Shown here piece after piece: positions 29,922-40,036 of a stretch of 64,000 bases of DNA. The DNA lies in NCBI GenBank assembly GCA_963780545.1, contig CAWACK010000016.1:8908-72907 (forward strand), read 5' to 3'. This DNA is from Candidatus Bathyarchaeota archaeon. Its GTDB lineage: Archaea > Thermoproteota > Bathyarchaeia > TCS64. The position numbers and the translations under genes were made by a program. How positions within the stretch are numbered: position 1 is the stretch's first letter; each line of letters opens with the position of its first letter. The notes under the pieces were generated by a model, which saw only the letters and a list, made by a program, of their open reading frames with translations, was not told the DNA's origin and made no database searches.

Positions 29922-30620
29922 TTAGCTCCGCGTGCCCCGAATGGTCTTCGCATAACCCTCTGTGAGAAGTCTCATTCTCTCACCTTGGGATAAATTACGA
30001 AGCCTAGCCAGCTCCATCCTCCTCTTCTCCGCTTTCATCTTCAGCTCTTCCGGGTTATCTCTCCACATCTGCTCCTCAAGGACCCTCTTCACGACGATTT
30101 CTGAGAGAAGTGTATCAGCTATCGGGCAACCGTCGAATGATTTGCCTTGTCCCATGTTCGCGAGGAGATCTTTGGTGGGGTAGCTACGGCATGTCCCTGG
30201 GCGCGCCGAGTAAACGACGCAGAGATTATCCTTCAGGAACCTGCAAGGCTGCGAGACGACGAAGGTCCCATCCCCCACTGGCACAGCCTTGAGCTGTTCC
30301 TTTAACCTCTTGTACTCGACATGTAGGTAGTTGGCTACTCCTTGGAGTTCGTCTTTTCGGAGCCGAATAGAGCCCCGTTCCCTGCAGCAGTCCCCGCATC
30401 GTCTACACAGGACCTCCTGCATTGCGAAGATCATCGCAACCTCCGTCTCGAGAACCACACCTAAGCTACTGACCGCTTTGAGGACGTCCTCAACACTAAC
30501 AGGTGGCATATTGAGCCTACTTTTAGACAACTCTAGGACGCGAAAGGCGTGGCGACCCGAAAAGGGCTTGAAATCGGGGCGCTGCATAAGCATATCGAGG
30601 GGTGACTTCTCCTCGCTCAT
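29922..30620 (-). CDS. YkgJ-family (CxxCxxCC) cysteine-cluster protein
   Basis: CRRCGDCC, PCRFL....C.VY..RP..CR.YP. Confidence 0.8.
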   Translation of the reverse strand: MSEEKSPLDMLMQRPDFKPFSGRHAFRVLELSKSRLNMPPVSVEDVLKAVSSLGVVLETEVAMIFAMQEVLCRRCGDCCRERGSIRLRKDELQGVANYLHVEYKRLKEQLKAVPVGDGTFVVSQPCRFLKDNLCVVYSARPGTCRSYPTKDLLANMGQGKSFDGCPIADTLLSEIVVKRVLEEQMWRDNPEELKMKAEKRRMELARLRNLSQGERMRLLTEGYAKTIRGTRS

Positions 30621-30689
30621 GGTAGGGCAACACTTTTGGAGGTTAATAACTGTAAGCCCTAAATCACCTCTCGCCCTTGGTTGTTTAGA

Positions 30690-30885
30690 AATTCTTTAGC
30701 CTACGCACGCGACTTGGATCGAAACCTGAGCATGCTTCTGTCATTGTGACTATTCAGTAGTAGCTACCCCTCGCCCGTACCAAACAGTCGTTCGATGCTC
30801 CACCGCTTCCGGAACAGCCCCAAGATCCACTTAGAGCACGCTACGAAGTCGTGATCCACACGTAGCGCCTCAACTCTTCGCTTAT
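30690..30885 (-). mobile_element. Degenerate DDE transposase fragment (IS4/IS5/IS1182-like C-terminus)
   Basis: Minus strand reads ...LFRKRWSIERLFGTGEG*LLL...; RWxIERxF is the catalytic-Glu motif; in-frame stop, no start or TIRs seen. Confidence 0.45.
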
Positions 30886-31017
30886 GCTGCTATACCGACG
30901 TCAAGCACGTGCCTTAGTGTGACTATAAACCTAGTTCTAAAATAATCGGGTATGTGTGGCCTAATTGTCTTTCCTAGGTGTCTAGATTATTATACAGTTC
31001 TGATTATATTTTCCTTC

Positions 31018-31971
31018 ATGGTTACACTGGGCGACGTTTACGCAGCCCGGAGACGGATGAGACAATGGATCAGGAGAACTCCCTCTGAGCCATCTACCCT
31101 CCTCAGCGAGCTCACTAACTCAGAAGTCTGGCTGAAACTGGAGAACAGACAACTCACAGGTTCATTCAAGATAAGGGGTGCGACTAATAGGATCGCACTC
31201 CTCACACTCGAAGAGAGAAAGAAAGGAGTGGTCGCTGCATCCTCAGGTAACCATGCCCAAGGTATTGCTTATGTAGCTCGTGAATTCGGCATCAAGTCCG
31301 TTATCGTCGTGCCAGGAAATACGCCAAAAGTGAAGAGGGACGCCATAAGGGCACTCGGCGCTAACCTAATCGTCCACGGCGACGAATACATGGAGTCTGA
31401 ACGCCTAGCCCAACAAATCAGCCATGAGAATGGTATGCCCTTCTTCAGCCCATATAACGACCCTGACCTCATAGCAGGTCAGGGTACAGTTGCACTCGAG
31501 ATGGTGGAGGACTGCCCCGAACTTGATGCAGTCCTAGTCCCAGTGAGCGGTGGAGGACTCATTTCCGGAGTTGCTATCGTTATGAACGGAACCTCGAATG
31601 CCGAAGTAATAGGCGTTCAAACCGAGGCGAGCCCTGTTATGCATGAGAGCATTAAGGCGGGGAAGATCATTGACATCCCCATGTTTGAGACCATCGCAGA
31701 GGGGCTCCATGGTGGAATAGAGCAGGGAAGCGTTACCTTCCCAATCTGCCAGAAGCTGGTGAAGGACTGGATCGATGTGAGGGAAAGCACCATCATCGAC
31801 GCTCTCCGACTCATGATCATTCGTCAACATGAGATAATGGAGGGGGCGGGTGCCGTTGGTGTCGCTGCCCTGCTGGAGAATCCCCGTCGATTCGAAGGGA
31901 AACGCGTTGGCATCGTTATCAGCGGAGGAAACATCGACGAGGGGCTCCTCCACCGTGTCGCCTCTCGCTGA
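31018..31971 (+). CDS. Threonine/serine dehydratase (PLP fold II)
   Basis: KLENRQLTGSFKIRGA, ASSGNHAQG, GGGLISG, SGGN. Confidence 0.9.
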   Translation: MVTLGDVYAARRRMRQWIRRTPSEPSTLLSELTNSEVWLKLENRQLTGSFKIRGATNRIALLTLEERKKGVVAASSGNHAQGIAYVAREFGIKSVIVVPGNTPKVKRDAIRALGANLIVHGDEYMESERLAQQISHENGMPFFSPYNDPDLIAGQGTVALEMVEDCPELDAVLVPVSGGGLISGVAIVMNGTSNAEVIGVQTEASPVMHESIKAGKIIDIPMFETIAEGLHGGIEQGSVTFPICQKLVKDWIDVRESTIIDALRLMIIRQHEIMEGAGAVGVAALLENPRRFEGKRVGIVISGGNIDEGLLHRVASR

Positions 31972-32009
31972 ACTCAATACATTTATAGCCTCCGCTTAGT
32001 CGGCTCCTG

Positions 32010-32210
32010 ATGGGGTCAGGTTTGCCACTCTGCGACGTATGCGGCATGGAGGCTCAAGAGCTCAGGGACTGTAAGGAGTGTGGAGCCAAATACTGCTTCG
32101 AATGCGGGGATACAAAGCGAGGTCTATGCTACGACTGCCTCGGTTGGGACGACGAGGAGATTGACGAGGAGTCTGGTGAGGAAGAGTGGGAACAAAACGA
32201 CCTAAACTAG
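32010..32210 (+). CDS. Small 8-Cys zinc-finger protein with acidic tail
   Basis: Four CxxC pairs; TTTATA box upstream. Confidence 0.7.
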   Translation: MGSGLPLCDVCGMEAQELRDCKECGAKYCFECGDTKRGLCYDCLGWDDEEIDEESGEEEWEQNDLN

Positions 32211-32333
32211 TCTATCAACCTTTAAAGATCGTAACTGAGGGTCTGGAGTCATAATAGCCATACGCGTGCGCGAAAGATCAAATAAATTTTGGTTGGAGCA
32301 TTTTAATACGAAGGTAGCTAATCTGCGTATAAT

Positions 32334-33179
32334 ATGAGCAGATTAGGCGGCTTCGTTAGGATACTAAGACCAATCAACTCATTTATGATGGGATTTGGAA
32401 TCCTCGTCGGCGTCGTTTTAGCTAACAGACTTCGAACCACGATCTCTCCATCGTCTCTTGTTCTTGCCTTCATGACAGGGTTCACACTCACGGGCAGTGC
32501 GATGGTTATCAACGACTATTATGATAGGGAGATCGATGCAGTTAATGAGCCAAAGCGACCCCTTCCCAGCGGAGAGGTGAAGCCTAGTGAGGCTCTAATC
32601 TACGCCGTGTTGCTTAGCTTGATTGGATTGGCCACCGCTTATCTCACCAGTATCCCAAGCCTAGGTATTGCCCTCTTCTCATGGTTTGTGATGATGGTGT
32701 ACTCTGCTTGGGGGAAGCGAGCGGGGTTCGTGGGAAACCTAATGGTTAGCACATGTATTGCCTTACCCTTCATTTACGGCGGTGTCATCGTTGGCAACGT
32801 TTCCACTTCGCTGCTCTTTAGCGCCTTAGCTTTTCTCTCCAACACAGGGAGGGAGGTGACGAAGGGAATAGTTGATGTCGAAGGCGACAAGATTAGTGGT
32901 GTTAAGACAGTTGCTGCCAGCTTCGGCTCCGATAAGGCTGCATACTTGGCCTCCACCTTCTATCTAGTGGCGGTGCTCGCTTCCATGGCTCCCTTGTTCC
33001 TCAACCTAGTATCAATTTGGTATATTCCATTCGTCTCAGTAACGGATTTGGGGCTAGTCTATGGCGCCATTACCATACTCAGGGATCATAGTAGGGAAAA
33101 TAGCAGAAGGGTGAAGAACCAGATCCTATACTGGATGTTGTTCGGTCTTCTCGCCTTCGCAGCGGGAAGTTTAGCGTAA
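32334..33179 (+). CDS. UbiA-family prenyltransferase (DGGGP synthase)
   Basis: NDYYDREIDAVNEPKRPLPSG, REVTKGIVDVEGD; multiple TM helices. Confidence 0.88.
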   Translation: MSRLGGFVRILRPINSFMMGFGILVGVVLANRLRTTISPSSLVLAFMTGFTLTGSAMVINDYYDREIDAVNEPKRPLPSGEVKPSEALIYAVLLSLIGLATAYLTSIPSLGIALFSWFVMMVYSAWGKRAGFVGNLMVSTCIALPFIYGGVIVGNVSTSLLFSALAFLSNTGREVTKGIVDVEGDKISGVKTVAASFGSDKAAYLASTFYLVAVLASMAPLFLNLVSIWYIPFVSVTDLGLVYGAITILRDHSRENSRRVKNQILYWMLFGLLAFAAGSLA

Positions 33180-33198
33180 AGAAGAAAAGAAAATTTAT

Positions 33199-33810
33199 TT
33201 ACCTTGAAGCAAACGCCACGCGCTCCATCTCGCGCTTGCGCCTAACAGCAAAGTTGTTTCCATCGTTCTGAGCAGCACCGATGAGCTGATCCGCAACAAT
33301 CTCCTCAAAGGTCTTCCTATTCCCAAAGGTCTGCTCCTTTATCCCCTTGGTAATAAACCTCAGTGCGAGGTCAATCCTACGCTGCGGGGAGATGTCTACC
33401 GCAAGCCTGTAGACTACGCCACCGTAGCCAATACGGGTCGTGTCCTCATTGGGGGCAGAGTTCTCGACGGCACGGACGAGAACTTCAATCGGGTTTCTCC
33501 CACTCTTGATGCTGATTATTTTAAATGCAGTCCTCACCGCATTCGTTACCCTTGGTTTATCGCCGCCGCTACTCCCAGGCTTCATAAGATCGTTGATGAG
33601 GCGCTCCACTATGCTCATTTCACTCTTCTGGAACTTACGGGCCTCGTGGCGACCACCTGTATGAGGCATGTAGACTGGCGTGATCTTGAGGTACCTCTTC
33701 AAACTGGGATCGCGTACCTCGATGTTCTCAAAAGTCCATTCCCCGAATAGTTTGATTCCGCCAGTGCCAGCAGTGGTGGCCTCAATTGTTATCTCTTGTT
33801 CATCGCTCAC
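33199..33810 (-). CDS. rps7: 30S ribosomal protein S7
   Basis: LFGEW, PHTGGRH, NPIEVLVRAVEN, AVDISPQRR. Confidence 0.96.
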   Translation of the reverse strand: MSDEQEITIEATTAGTGGIKLFGEWTFENIEVRDPSLKRYLKITPVYMPHTGGRHEARKFQKSEMSIVERLINDLMKPGSSGGDKPRVTNAVRTAFKIISIKSGRNPIEVLVRAVENSAPNEDTTRIGYGGVVYRLAVDISPQRRIDLALRFITKGIKEQTFGNRKTFEEIVADQLIGAAQNDGNNFAVRRKREMERVAFASR

Positions 33811-34048
33811 TTGGCCGATTCGCCTCGGATTGCAGAGGGGAAGAGTAGGTTCGGGAATAAAAGTCTTACCGAAGATAAGCAAACTTTCATTTCTCACCTT
33901 TTACGCATGTTGTCAATCTCCTCCAAGAAATTCAAAAACACTCTAAAGTTCCATATTTCACTTCAACCCTTTATGGCGACATTGAGACATTAACCAGACT
34001 GAAAAAATAGAAACGAAAACTAAGGTAGCTAAAAATTAAACCTTTTTT

Positions 34049-34477
34049 TTACCTTGCTGGCTTCTGTACTTTACCAATGACCAGCAGGTTGAGCGGAACG
34101 CCATTCACAGCGTTAACCTTGTAGCGGACACCAGGTATGTCCCCCATCGAACGGCTTCTGGGGCCACTGATGCCCTCGATTGTGACCTCATCGTGCTCAT
34201 CAACAAAATTGAGTGCGCCATCACCTGGCATGAATGCCGTCGCGAGTCTGCCATTCTTGATGATCTGGATACGAACACACTTACGAATCGCAGAGTTCGG
34301 TTGCTTAGATTCTACTCCCACCTTCTGAAGAACTATTCCTCTACCCATGGGAGCGCCCTGGAGAAGATCCTTCTTATCCGTTCTGCGCTTCCTCCGGAGG
34401 ACGTAGTCCTTACTCTTGTACCGCATGGCTCTTCTGTTGTTTTTGAGTCTACGGCCGGCAAACATACCGTTAGTCAA
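34049..34477 (-). CDS. rps12: 30S ribosomal protein S12 (uS12)
   Basis: [20 protein letters not shown]; start codon uncertain. Confidence 0.96.
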   Translation of the reverse strand: MTNGMFAGRRLKNNRRAMRYKSKDYVLRRKRRTDKKDLLQGAPMGRGIVLQKVGVESKQPNSAIRKCVRIQIIKNGRLATAFMPGDGALNFVDEHDEVTIEGISGPRSRSMGDIPGVRYKVNAVNGVPLNLLVIGKVQKPAR

Positions 34478-34649
34478 GCGATTCTCCACCTTCCGGTGTA
34501 GACTTACATGTTTAAACTTTACGCATCGCCTTGTGAGTGTGAAAAAAATCGGAGGATCAGAACTTCTACCCAAGATCAGTATGGTTTATAGATGTGAACC
34601 TAACCTTTTTATCCACCATCCTAGTCGGAATGAGTAGGAGATTTGAGAA

Positions 34650-35945
34650 ATGAGCGGGAAAGAGAAGCCACACATCAACCTGATCATCATCGGACACGTT
34701 GATCACGGTAAGAGCACGAGTATAGGCCACCTGTTCTACGACGCCGGCGCCATCGACGAAAAGTACGCGAAGGACATGGAAGCCGAGTCCAAAGCCATGG
34801 GCAAGGAGTCCTTCAAGTATGCATGGCTCCTCGACAGGCTCAAGGAGGAACGCGAACGTGGTATCACGATCGACCTCGCCTTCTACAAGCTTGAGACCGC
34901 GAAAAACTTCTTCACGGTTATCGACTCACCAGGCCACCGCGACTTCGTAAAGAACATGGTCACGGGTGCGAGTCAAGCGGACGGAGCCATCCTCCTCATC
35001 TCAGCCAAGAAGGGCGAGTACGAGTCAGGAACAAACCCCGGAGGCCAGACGCGTGAGCACGCCTTCCTCGCCTATACATTGGGAGTTAGGCAGATCGTCG
35101 TCGCAATAAACAAGATGGATGACCCCACGGTCGCCTGGAGTGAGCAGCGTTACCAGGAGGTCAAGGACGGCGTCACCACTCTCCTAAAGCTTGTCGGCTA
35201 CGACACCAACAAGGTCAGTTTCATCCCCACGAGTGGTTGGAGTGGCGACAACCTCGTCAAGAAGAGCACCAACATGCCCTGGTACAAGGGCCCCACACTT
35301 CTCGAGGCACTTGACACCTTCGTGATGCCTCCGAAGCCAACTGAAAAGGCTCTCAGGATCCCAGTTCAGGAGATCTACACCATCAGGGGCGTAGGTACTA
35401 CCCCAGTCGGTAAGGTCGAGACCGGCATACTGAAGGTCAACGATGACATCGTCTTCATGCCCAGCGGTGAGAAGGGAAAGGTCAACAGCATTGAGACTCA
35501 CTACACACGTCTTGACCAGGCTCTTCCAGGCGACAATATAGGCTTCAACGTTAAGGGTGTGTCGAGAGAGAAACTCAAGCGTGGCGAGGTCGCTAGCCAC
35601 TTGAATACCCCATGCTCGGTCGCGAAGTCGTTTAAGGGTAGGATCTTCATCATCCACCACCCCACAGCCGTCGGCCAAGGCTACACTCCAGTGCTACACA
35701 TACACACCGCACAGATAGCGGTCAAATTCGAGGCACTTGAAGCTAAGCTCGACCCAAGAACTGGTCAAGTGGTTGAGCAGAACCCCAGCTACTTGAGAAC
35801 AGGTGAGGCAGCGATAGTGAAGTTCGTCCCCCTACAGCCCATAGCTATAGAGGCCTTCAAAGACTTCCCGCAGCTCGGTAGATTCGCTCTGCGCGACATG
35901 GGTACGACCATCGGTGCAGGCATCGTCCTCGAGATTGAGAGCTAA
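34650..35945 (+). CDS. tuf: Elongation factor 1-alpha
   Basis: GHVDHGKST, ERERGITID, PGHRDFVKNM, NKMD, GRFALRDMG. Confidence 0.97.
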   Translation: MSGKEKPHINLIIIGHVDHGKSTSIGHLFYDAGAIDEKYAKDMEAESKAMGKESFKYAWLLDRLKEERERGITIDLAFYKLETAKNFFTVIDSPGHRDFVKNMVTGASQADGAILLISAKKGEYESGTNPGGQTREHAFLAYTLGVRQIVVAINKMDDPTVAWSEQRYQEVKDGVTTLLKLVGYDTNKVSFIPTSGWSGDNLVKKSTNMPWYKGPTLLEALDTFVMPPKPTEKALRIPVQEIYTIRGVGTTPVGKVETGILKVNDDIVFMPSGEKGKVNSIETHYTRLDQALPGDNIGFNVKGVSREKLKRGEVASHLNTPCSVAKSFKGRIFIIHHPTAVGQGYTPVLHIHTAQIAVKFEALEAKLDPRTGQVVEQNPSYLRTGEAAIVKFVPLQPIAIEAFKDFPQLGRFALRDMGTTIGAGIVLEIES

Positions 35946-36009
35946 ACGCTCTCTCCAACTTTTTCGATACCTTTAAGTTCTCGGCTAGCTGACAAAACGG
36001 GGAACAGGT

Positions 36010-36319
36010 ATGGCGCGACGAGCACGCATCAAACTCACCAGCACCGACACCGTGAAGCTTGAGGGTGTCTGCGATGAGATAAGAGATATAGCACAAAAAA
36101 TAGGCGTCAAACTTGTGGGTCCAATACCACTACCAACGAAGAAGCTCGTCGTCCCCACTACGAAGGACCCCCTGCGGGGACGGTAGTAAGACTTGGGATA
36201 AATATGAGATGCGTGTCCATAAGAGGCTCATCGAGATCGATGCCCGAGACCGTGTCATGCGTAGCATAATGCGAATAAGGGTCCCAAATGAAGTCTACAT
36301 CGAGATGGAGATCAACTAG
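36010..36319 (+). CDS. rps10: 30S ribosomal protein S10, one extra C in GTCCCCACTA (36151-36160)
   Basis: MARRARIKL...[10 protein letters not shown], then [24 protein letters not shown] in the +1 frame; span is 3n+1. Confidence 0.92.
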
Positions 36320-36418
36320 TTCTATTAGATCTTTTTTTAATTGAATTCGACTCAATTTAGGGCAACTGTTTTAAACGACCTTTGTTCAACGGTTAATCCT
36401 TCGAAAGGAGCGTAATAC

Positions 36419-37366
36419 ATGGTTAAACGTGTCCTAGTCGCTCTCGGCGGGAACGCCATCAAGCAACCCGACGAGAAAGGAACCTTCGAGGAACAGATGA
36501 AGAACGTCGAGATCGCCTCCTCTCAGATAGCCCAACTCGTGAGACGAGGCTACAATCTCGTCATCACCCATGGAAACGGTCCCCAGGTCGGTAACTTGGC
36601 AATCCAACAGGAGGCAGCAATGGATCAAGTCCCACCGCAGCCCCTGGTTGTTCTCGGAGCTATGACCCAGGGTCAGATAGGCTATATGATGCAGCAGAAC
36701 CTCCACAATATCCTGGATGGTGATGGGAAACAGGTTGCAACAGTCGTCACCCAGGTTTTAGTCAGCGAGAAGGACCCCGATTTTGAGGATCCGACCAAGC
36801 CGGTTGGACCGTTTTACACCGAGGAGGTTGCAAAGAAGCTTGCAACCGAGCGTAGTTGGGTCGTGAAGAAGGTCAAGCCAAGTGGTGATAAAATATGGCG
36901 GCGCGTCGTTCCATCTCCCGATCCACTCGCTATAGTTGAGGCGAAGGCGATAAAAACAATGGTAGATGCCGGGATGATAGTTATCGCCTCTGGTGGTGGC
37001 GGTATCCCCGTCTTCAGGAACTCGAAAGGGATGCTGGAAGGAGTCGACGCCGTAATAGACAAGGACAGGGCTGGCGCAAAACTTGCTGAGGAGGTAGCTT
37101 CCGATATCTTCCTCATCCTAACAGATGTCGAGTACGCCATGATGGATTACGGCAAACCCACACAATCTCCGATAAGGAACATGAGTGTAGCGGAGGCGAA
37201 GAAGCGACTTGCTGAGGGCCACTTTGGCGCAGGCAGCATGGGTCCAAAGGTAGAGGCGGCTCTGGGCTTCGTGGAGCGAGGAGGGGAACAGTCCGTGATA
37301 ACAAGTCTCGCAAAAGCTGTAGATGCACTAGAGGGTAAGACCGGTACCCACATTACGCCGAATTAG
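36419..37366 (+). CDS. arcC: Carbamate kinase
   Basis: ALGGNA, HGNGPQVG, PTKPVGPFY, RRVVPSP, AVIDKD, GSMGPKV. Confidence 0.94.
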   Translation: MVKRVLVALGGNAIKQPDEKGTFEEQMKNVEIASSQIAQLVRRGYNLVITHGNGPQVGNLAIQQEAAMDQVPPQPLVVLGAMTQGQIGYMMQQNLHNILDGDGKQVATVVTQVLVSEKDPDFEDPTKPVGPFYTEEVAKKLATERSWVVKKVKPSGDKIWRRVVPSPDPLAIVEAKAIKTMVDAGMIVIASGGGGIPVFRNSKGMLEGVDAVIDKDRAGAKLAEEVASDIFLILTDVEYAMMDYGKPTQSPIRNMSVAEAKKRLAEGHFGAGSMGPKVEAALGFVERGGEQSVITSLAKAVDALEGKTGTHITPN

Positions 37367-37395
37367 CGCGCCCCCTATGATTTTCGTCAAAGACT

Positions 37396-37929
37396 TCAAA
37401 TTAGGGTAAGCAAGGCACAATAAAGGGTCTCAAAGAAGAGATTTTCCTCCTCCAGTATCCTCCATTGATATCCATGTTGATCTATCTTGCCGGTTTCAGA
37501 GGAGTAGATGATAAGTATTGATCCGTTTAAGATAAGGTGTTTTTTGGCTCCGTTTAGAAAGCGTTCTATAGTTTCTCTGCCAGTTCTTCCCCCGTCCCAT
37601 GTCGGGTCAAAAATGCCCCTCTCGGAGGGAAGGTATGGTGGGTTGAATATTATCCAGTCGAAAACTCCTTCGATGTTATCGAAGAGATCGGTAATTAAGA
37701 AGTCGATCTTGTCAATAACACCCGCCTTTTCCGCCCTTCTTTTCGCAGCTTCGATCGCGTCGGGATTGATGTCGGCGGCTACGACGCGTATAACATCGGG
37801 CTTCAGGGCTGCCGTGACTGCCTGAATTCCGCTTCCTGTTCCTAGGTCTAGTACCCTCCCCTCCACGAGACGTTTCACATGCCTAAGGAGAAGATACGAA
37901 TCCTCAGCAGGAGTATATATGGATCCCAC
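37396..37929 (-). CDS. HemK2/MTQ2-type SAM methyltransferase
   Basis: Y.PAEDSYLL, LDLGTGSG, FNPPYLP. Confidence 0.9.
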   Translation of the reverse strand: MGSIYTPAEDSYLLLRHVKRLVEGRVLDLGTGSGIQAVTAALKPDVIRVVAADINPDAIEAAKRRAEKAGVIDKIDFLITDLFDNIEGVFDWIIFNPPYLPSERGIFDPTWDGGRTGRETIERFLNGAKKHLILNGSILIIYSSETGKIDQHGYQWRILEEENLFFETLYCALLTLI

Positions 37930-37986
37930 ACGTCAACAATGTCGAGGAACGATAAAATCATGTTCAACTGCATACGCGAAAATAGT

Positions 37987-39441
37987 TTAGTATGTCCTAG
38001 AGACGTAAGCGACACTCTTCGCCGAGTCTCCGCAGACTATGCAGGGACCATTGGGTTCCTCATGATAGTCCCATAGTGTACCTCTTATTTCGCCGCTTAC
38101 CTGCTCCTTAAGCCTCTCAGCGCAGTTAACATCGCCGCACCAATTGATGCGTGCGAGCTTCTTCTTCTCCATGTAGCCGCGGAGTTCCTCGGTAGTAGAA
38201 GCAGTGATAAGGCGTTCCTCGAGGATCTTCCTACTCCTCACGGTGAGGTTCTCTTGGATAGTAACAAAGAGACTTCTAGTCGCCGCTGGGAGATCCTTGA
38301 GTTCAGCCTTGCTCTTCTCGAAGGTGTCCCTGCGTACAAAGGTGACAGTCTTTGAATCAGCTTCGCGTGGACCTACTTCGATGCGAAGAGGGACACCGAA
38401 CATCTCCCACTTGTAGTATTTCTCTCCCGGACGAAGCCTATCCTCGTCGTCAATAGCTGTCCTGATGCCCTCTTTTACGAGTATATTTACTATCTCTTTG
38501 GCGTAGACCTTGGCGATCTCCTCCTTCCCCTTTACGGGTATGGGGATGACAACAACCTGCTTAGGGGCGATAACGGGCGGTAGGATTAGGCCATGGTCGT
38601 CTCCGTGCTGGCTGATGACTGCGGCGAGGGTCCTGCCGAAGCCCATGCCGTAGCAAGTGTTTGTAACGTTCACCTGCTCTCCCCTCTCGTTTTCGTAAGT
38701 AATCTCAAAAGCCTTACCAAAATTGTAGCCAAGCTGATGTACAGTGCCTATCTGGTTAGATTTGCCATCAGGGTTCCATGCATCGAAGGCGACGCTGTAG
38801 TCAGCTCCTGCGAATTTGTCAAACTCAGGGCGTTTAAGGCGAATGTAGGCGAGGCCGAGAGTGTTGAAAACCTCACTATAGATTTCGATGGCCATACGGA
38901 CGTTGCTCTCGGCTTCTTCATAGGTGGAGTGGGCGGTGTGTCCCTCGTTCCAGAGGAACTCGCGTCCCCTATATAGGGGGCGTGTGGCCTTGGTTTCGTA
39001 ACGGTATACATTGCAGGTCTGGTTCATCCTGATGGGTAGGTCGGCGTGGCTGCGAACCCAGAGCTTGAACATGGGGTAGATGGCGGTCTCGCTCGTCGGG
39101 CGAAGAACGAGCCTCTTCTCGAGTTCGTTGTCTCCGGCGTGCGTGATCCAGAAGACCTCCCCGCTGAAGCCTTTAATGTGCTCCTCCTCCTTCTGGAAGC
39201 TGTCCTCGGGTATTACGACCGGGAACTGCATGGGTTCGTGCCCCGAGGCGTCCAACTTTTCTTCGAGCATCGCGATGATCCGCTTGGCTATGCTGAAGCC
39301 CCAGCCCGTGTAAACCGTAAAACCTTTCACAGGGTAGCGGTCGTCAGCGATTTTAGCCTCAAGTAGGATGTTGTCATACCACTCGCTGAAATTTTCTTTC
39401 TTGATGAGTTCCTTCTTCTCTGAGGGTTGGTTCCCGGTCAT
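37987..39441 (-). CDS. proS: Proline--tRNA ligase (archaeal/eukaryotic type)
   Basis: FSEWY, LRPTSET, RYETKATRP, REFLW.EGH, C-terminal Zn site. Confidence 0.96.
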   Translation of the reverse strand: MTGNQPSEKKELIKKENFSEWYDNILLEAKIADDRYPVKGFTVYTGWGFSIAKRIIAMLEEKLDASGHEPMQFPVVIPEDSFQKEEEHIKGFSGEVFWITHAGDNELEKRLVLRPTSETAIYPMFKLWVRSHADLPIRMNQTCNVYRYETKATRPLYRGREFLWNEGHTAHSTYEEAESNVRMAIEIYSEVFNTLGLAYIRLKRPEFDKFAGADYSVAFDAWNPDGKSNQIGTVHQLGYNFGKAFEITYENERGEQVNVTNTCYGMGFGRTLAAVISQHGDDHGLILPPVIAPKQVVVIPIPVKGKEEIAKVYAKEIVNILVKEGIRTAIDDEDRLRPGEKYYKWEMFGVPLRIEVGPREADSKTVTFVRRDTFEKSKAELKDLPAATRSLFVTIQENLTVRSRKILEERLITASTTEELRGYMEKKKLARINWCGDVNCAERLKEQVSGEIRGTLWDYHEEPNGPCIVCGDSAKSVAYVSRTY

Positions 39442-39576
39442 GTTCTTTTCCTCAACCCTTCGTGAAGTTAGTGGGTGATTTAAAAGGTGTTGCGTTTTAG
39501 GTGGATTCTTTTCATAAAAACTTTAAAAAAACGATTCTGACGCGGGTTTGCCCCGCATACGGCTCACTTTTTGGGC

Positions 39577-39744
39577 TTAGTACCTTCTTGGTGGCCTGTG
39601 CTTGGCGAAGCATTCGTTGCAGTAGACGGGCCTTCCCTCAGTCGGCGTGAATGGAACTTCACATTCCTTTCCGCAGTCCGAGCAGGTCGCCTTATGCATC
39701 TCCCGTGGTCCACGGTCGAAGCTGCGCCTTTCGCGGTAATCCAT
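39577..39744 (-). CDS. CxxC-x17-CxxC small zinc-ribbon protein
   Basis: REMHKATCSDCGKECEVPFTPTEGRPVYCNECF. Confidence 0.9.
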   Translation of the reverse strand: MDYRERRSFDRGPREMHKATCSDCGKECEVPFTPTEGRPVYCNECFAKHRPPRRY

Positions 39745-39764
39745 TATTTCACTTCCTTTCTTCT

Positions 39765-39799
39765 GTATATTCGGCCACCTTTCGGGAGCCCAAATATAC
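39765..39799 (-). promoter_or_regulatory. 5'-UTR hairpin with GAAA tetraloop upstream of the CxxC-x17-CxxC gene
   Basis: GUAUAUUUGG/CCGAAUAUAC 10-bp stem capped by CC-GAAA-GG; TTTAAA box near 39825-39830. Confidence 0.55.
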
Positions 39800-40036
39800 G
39801 GGTTGATGGGGGACATTACTCGCCTTTAAATCTATGTATATGTTGGAACGGCTTTAATCTGCGACATTTCTCATCTTTTTATTTTGCGGGGGATTCCATT
39901 TTACATTGCGTGCGAGAAAGTGAGGGAAGTCGTCGCCTCCTCAGCTGTAGTCTTCTTGATATTGGATTGGTTTGATCCGGTTGAGTGTCCAATTTTATAA
40001 AAAAAACGTGTAATTTCAATCGAAATCCCAAATCGT

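Noticed and set aside
39530-39566. GAGCCGUAUGCGGGGCAAACCCGC resembles group II intron domain V
   Set aside because: The 3' half (ACGUACGGUUC) is absent so the basal stem cannot form; no other intron domains or RT gene
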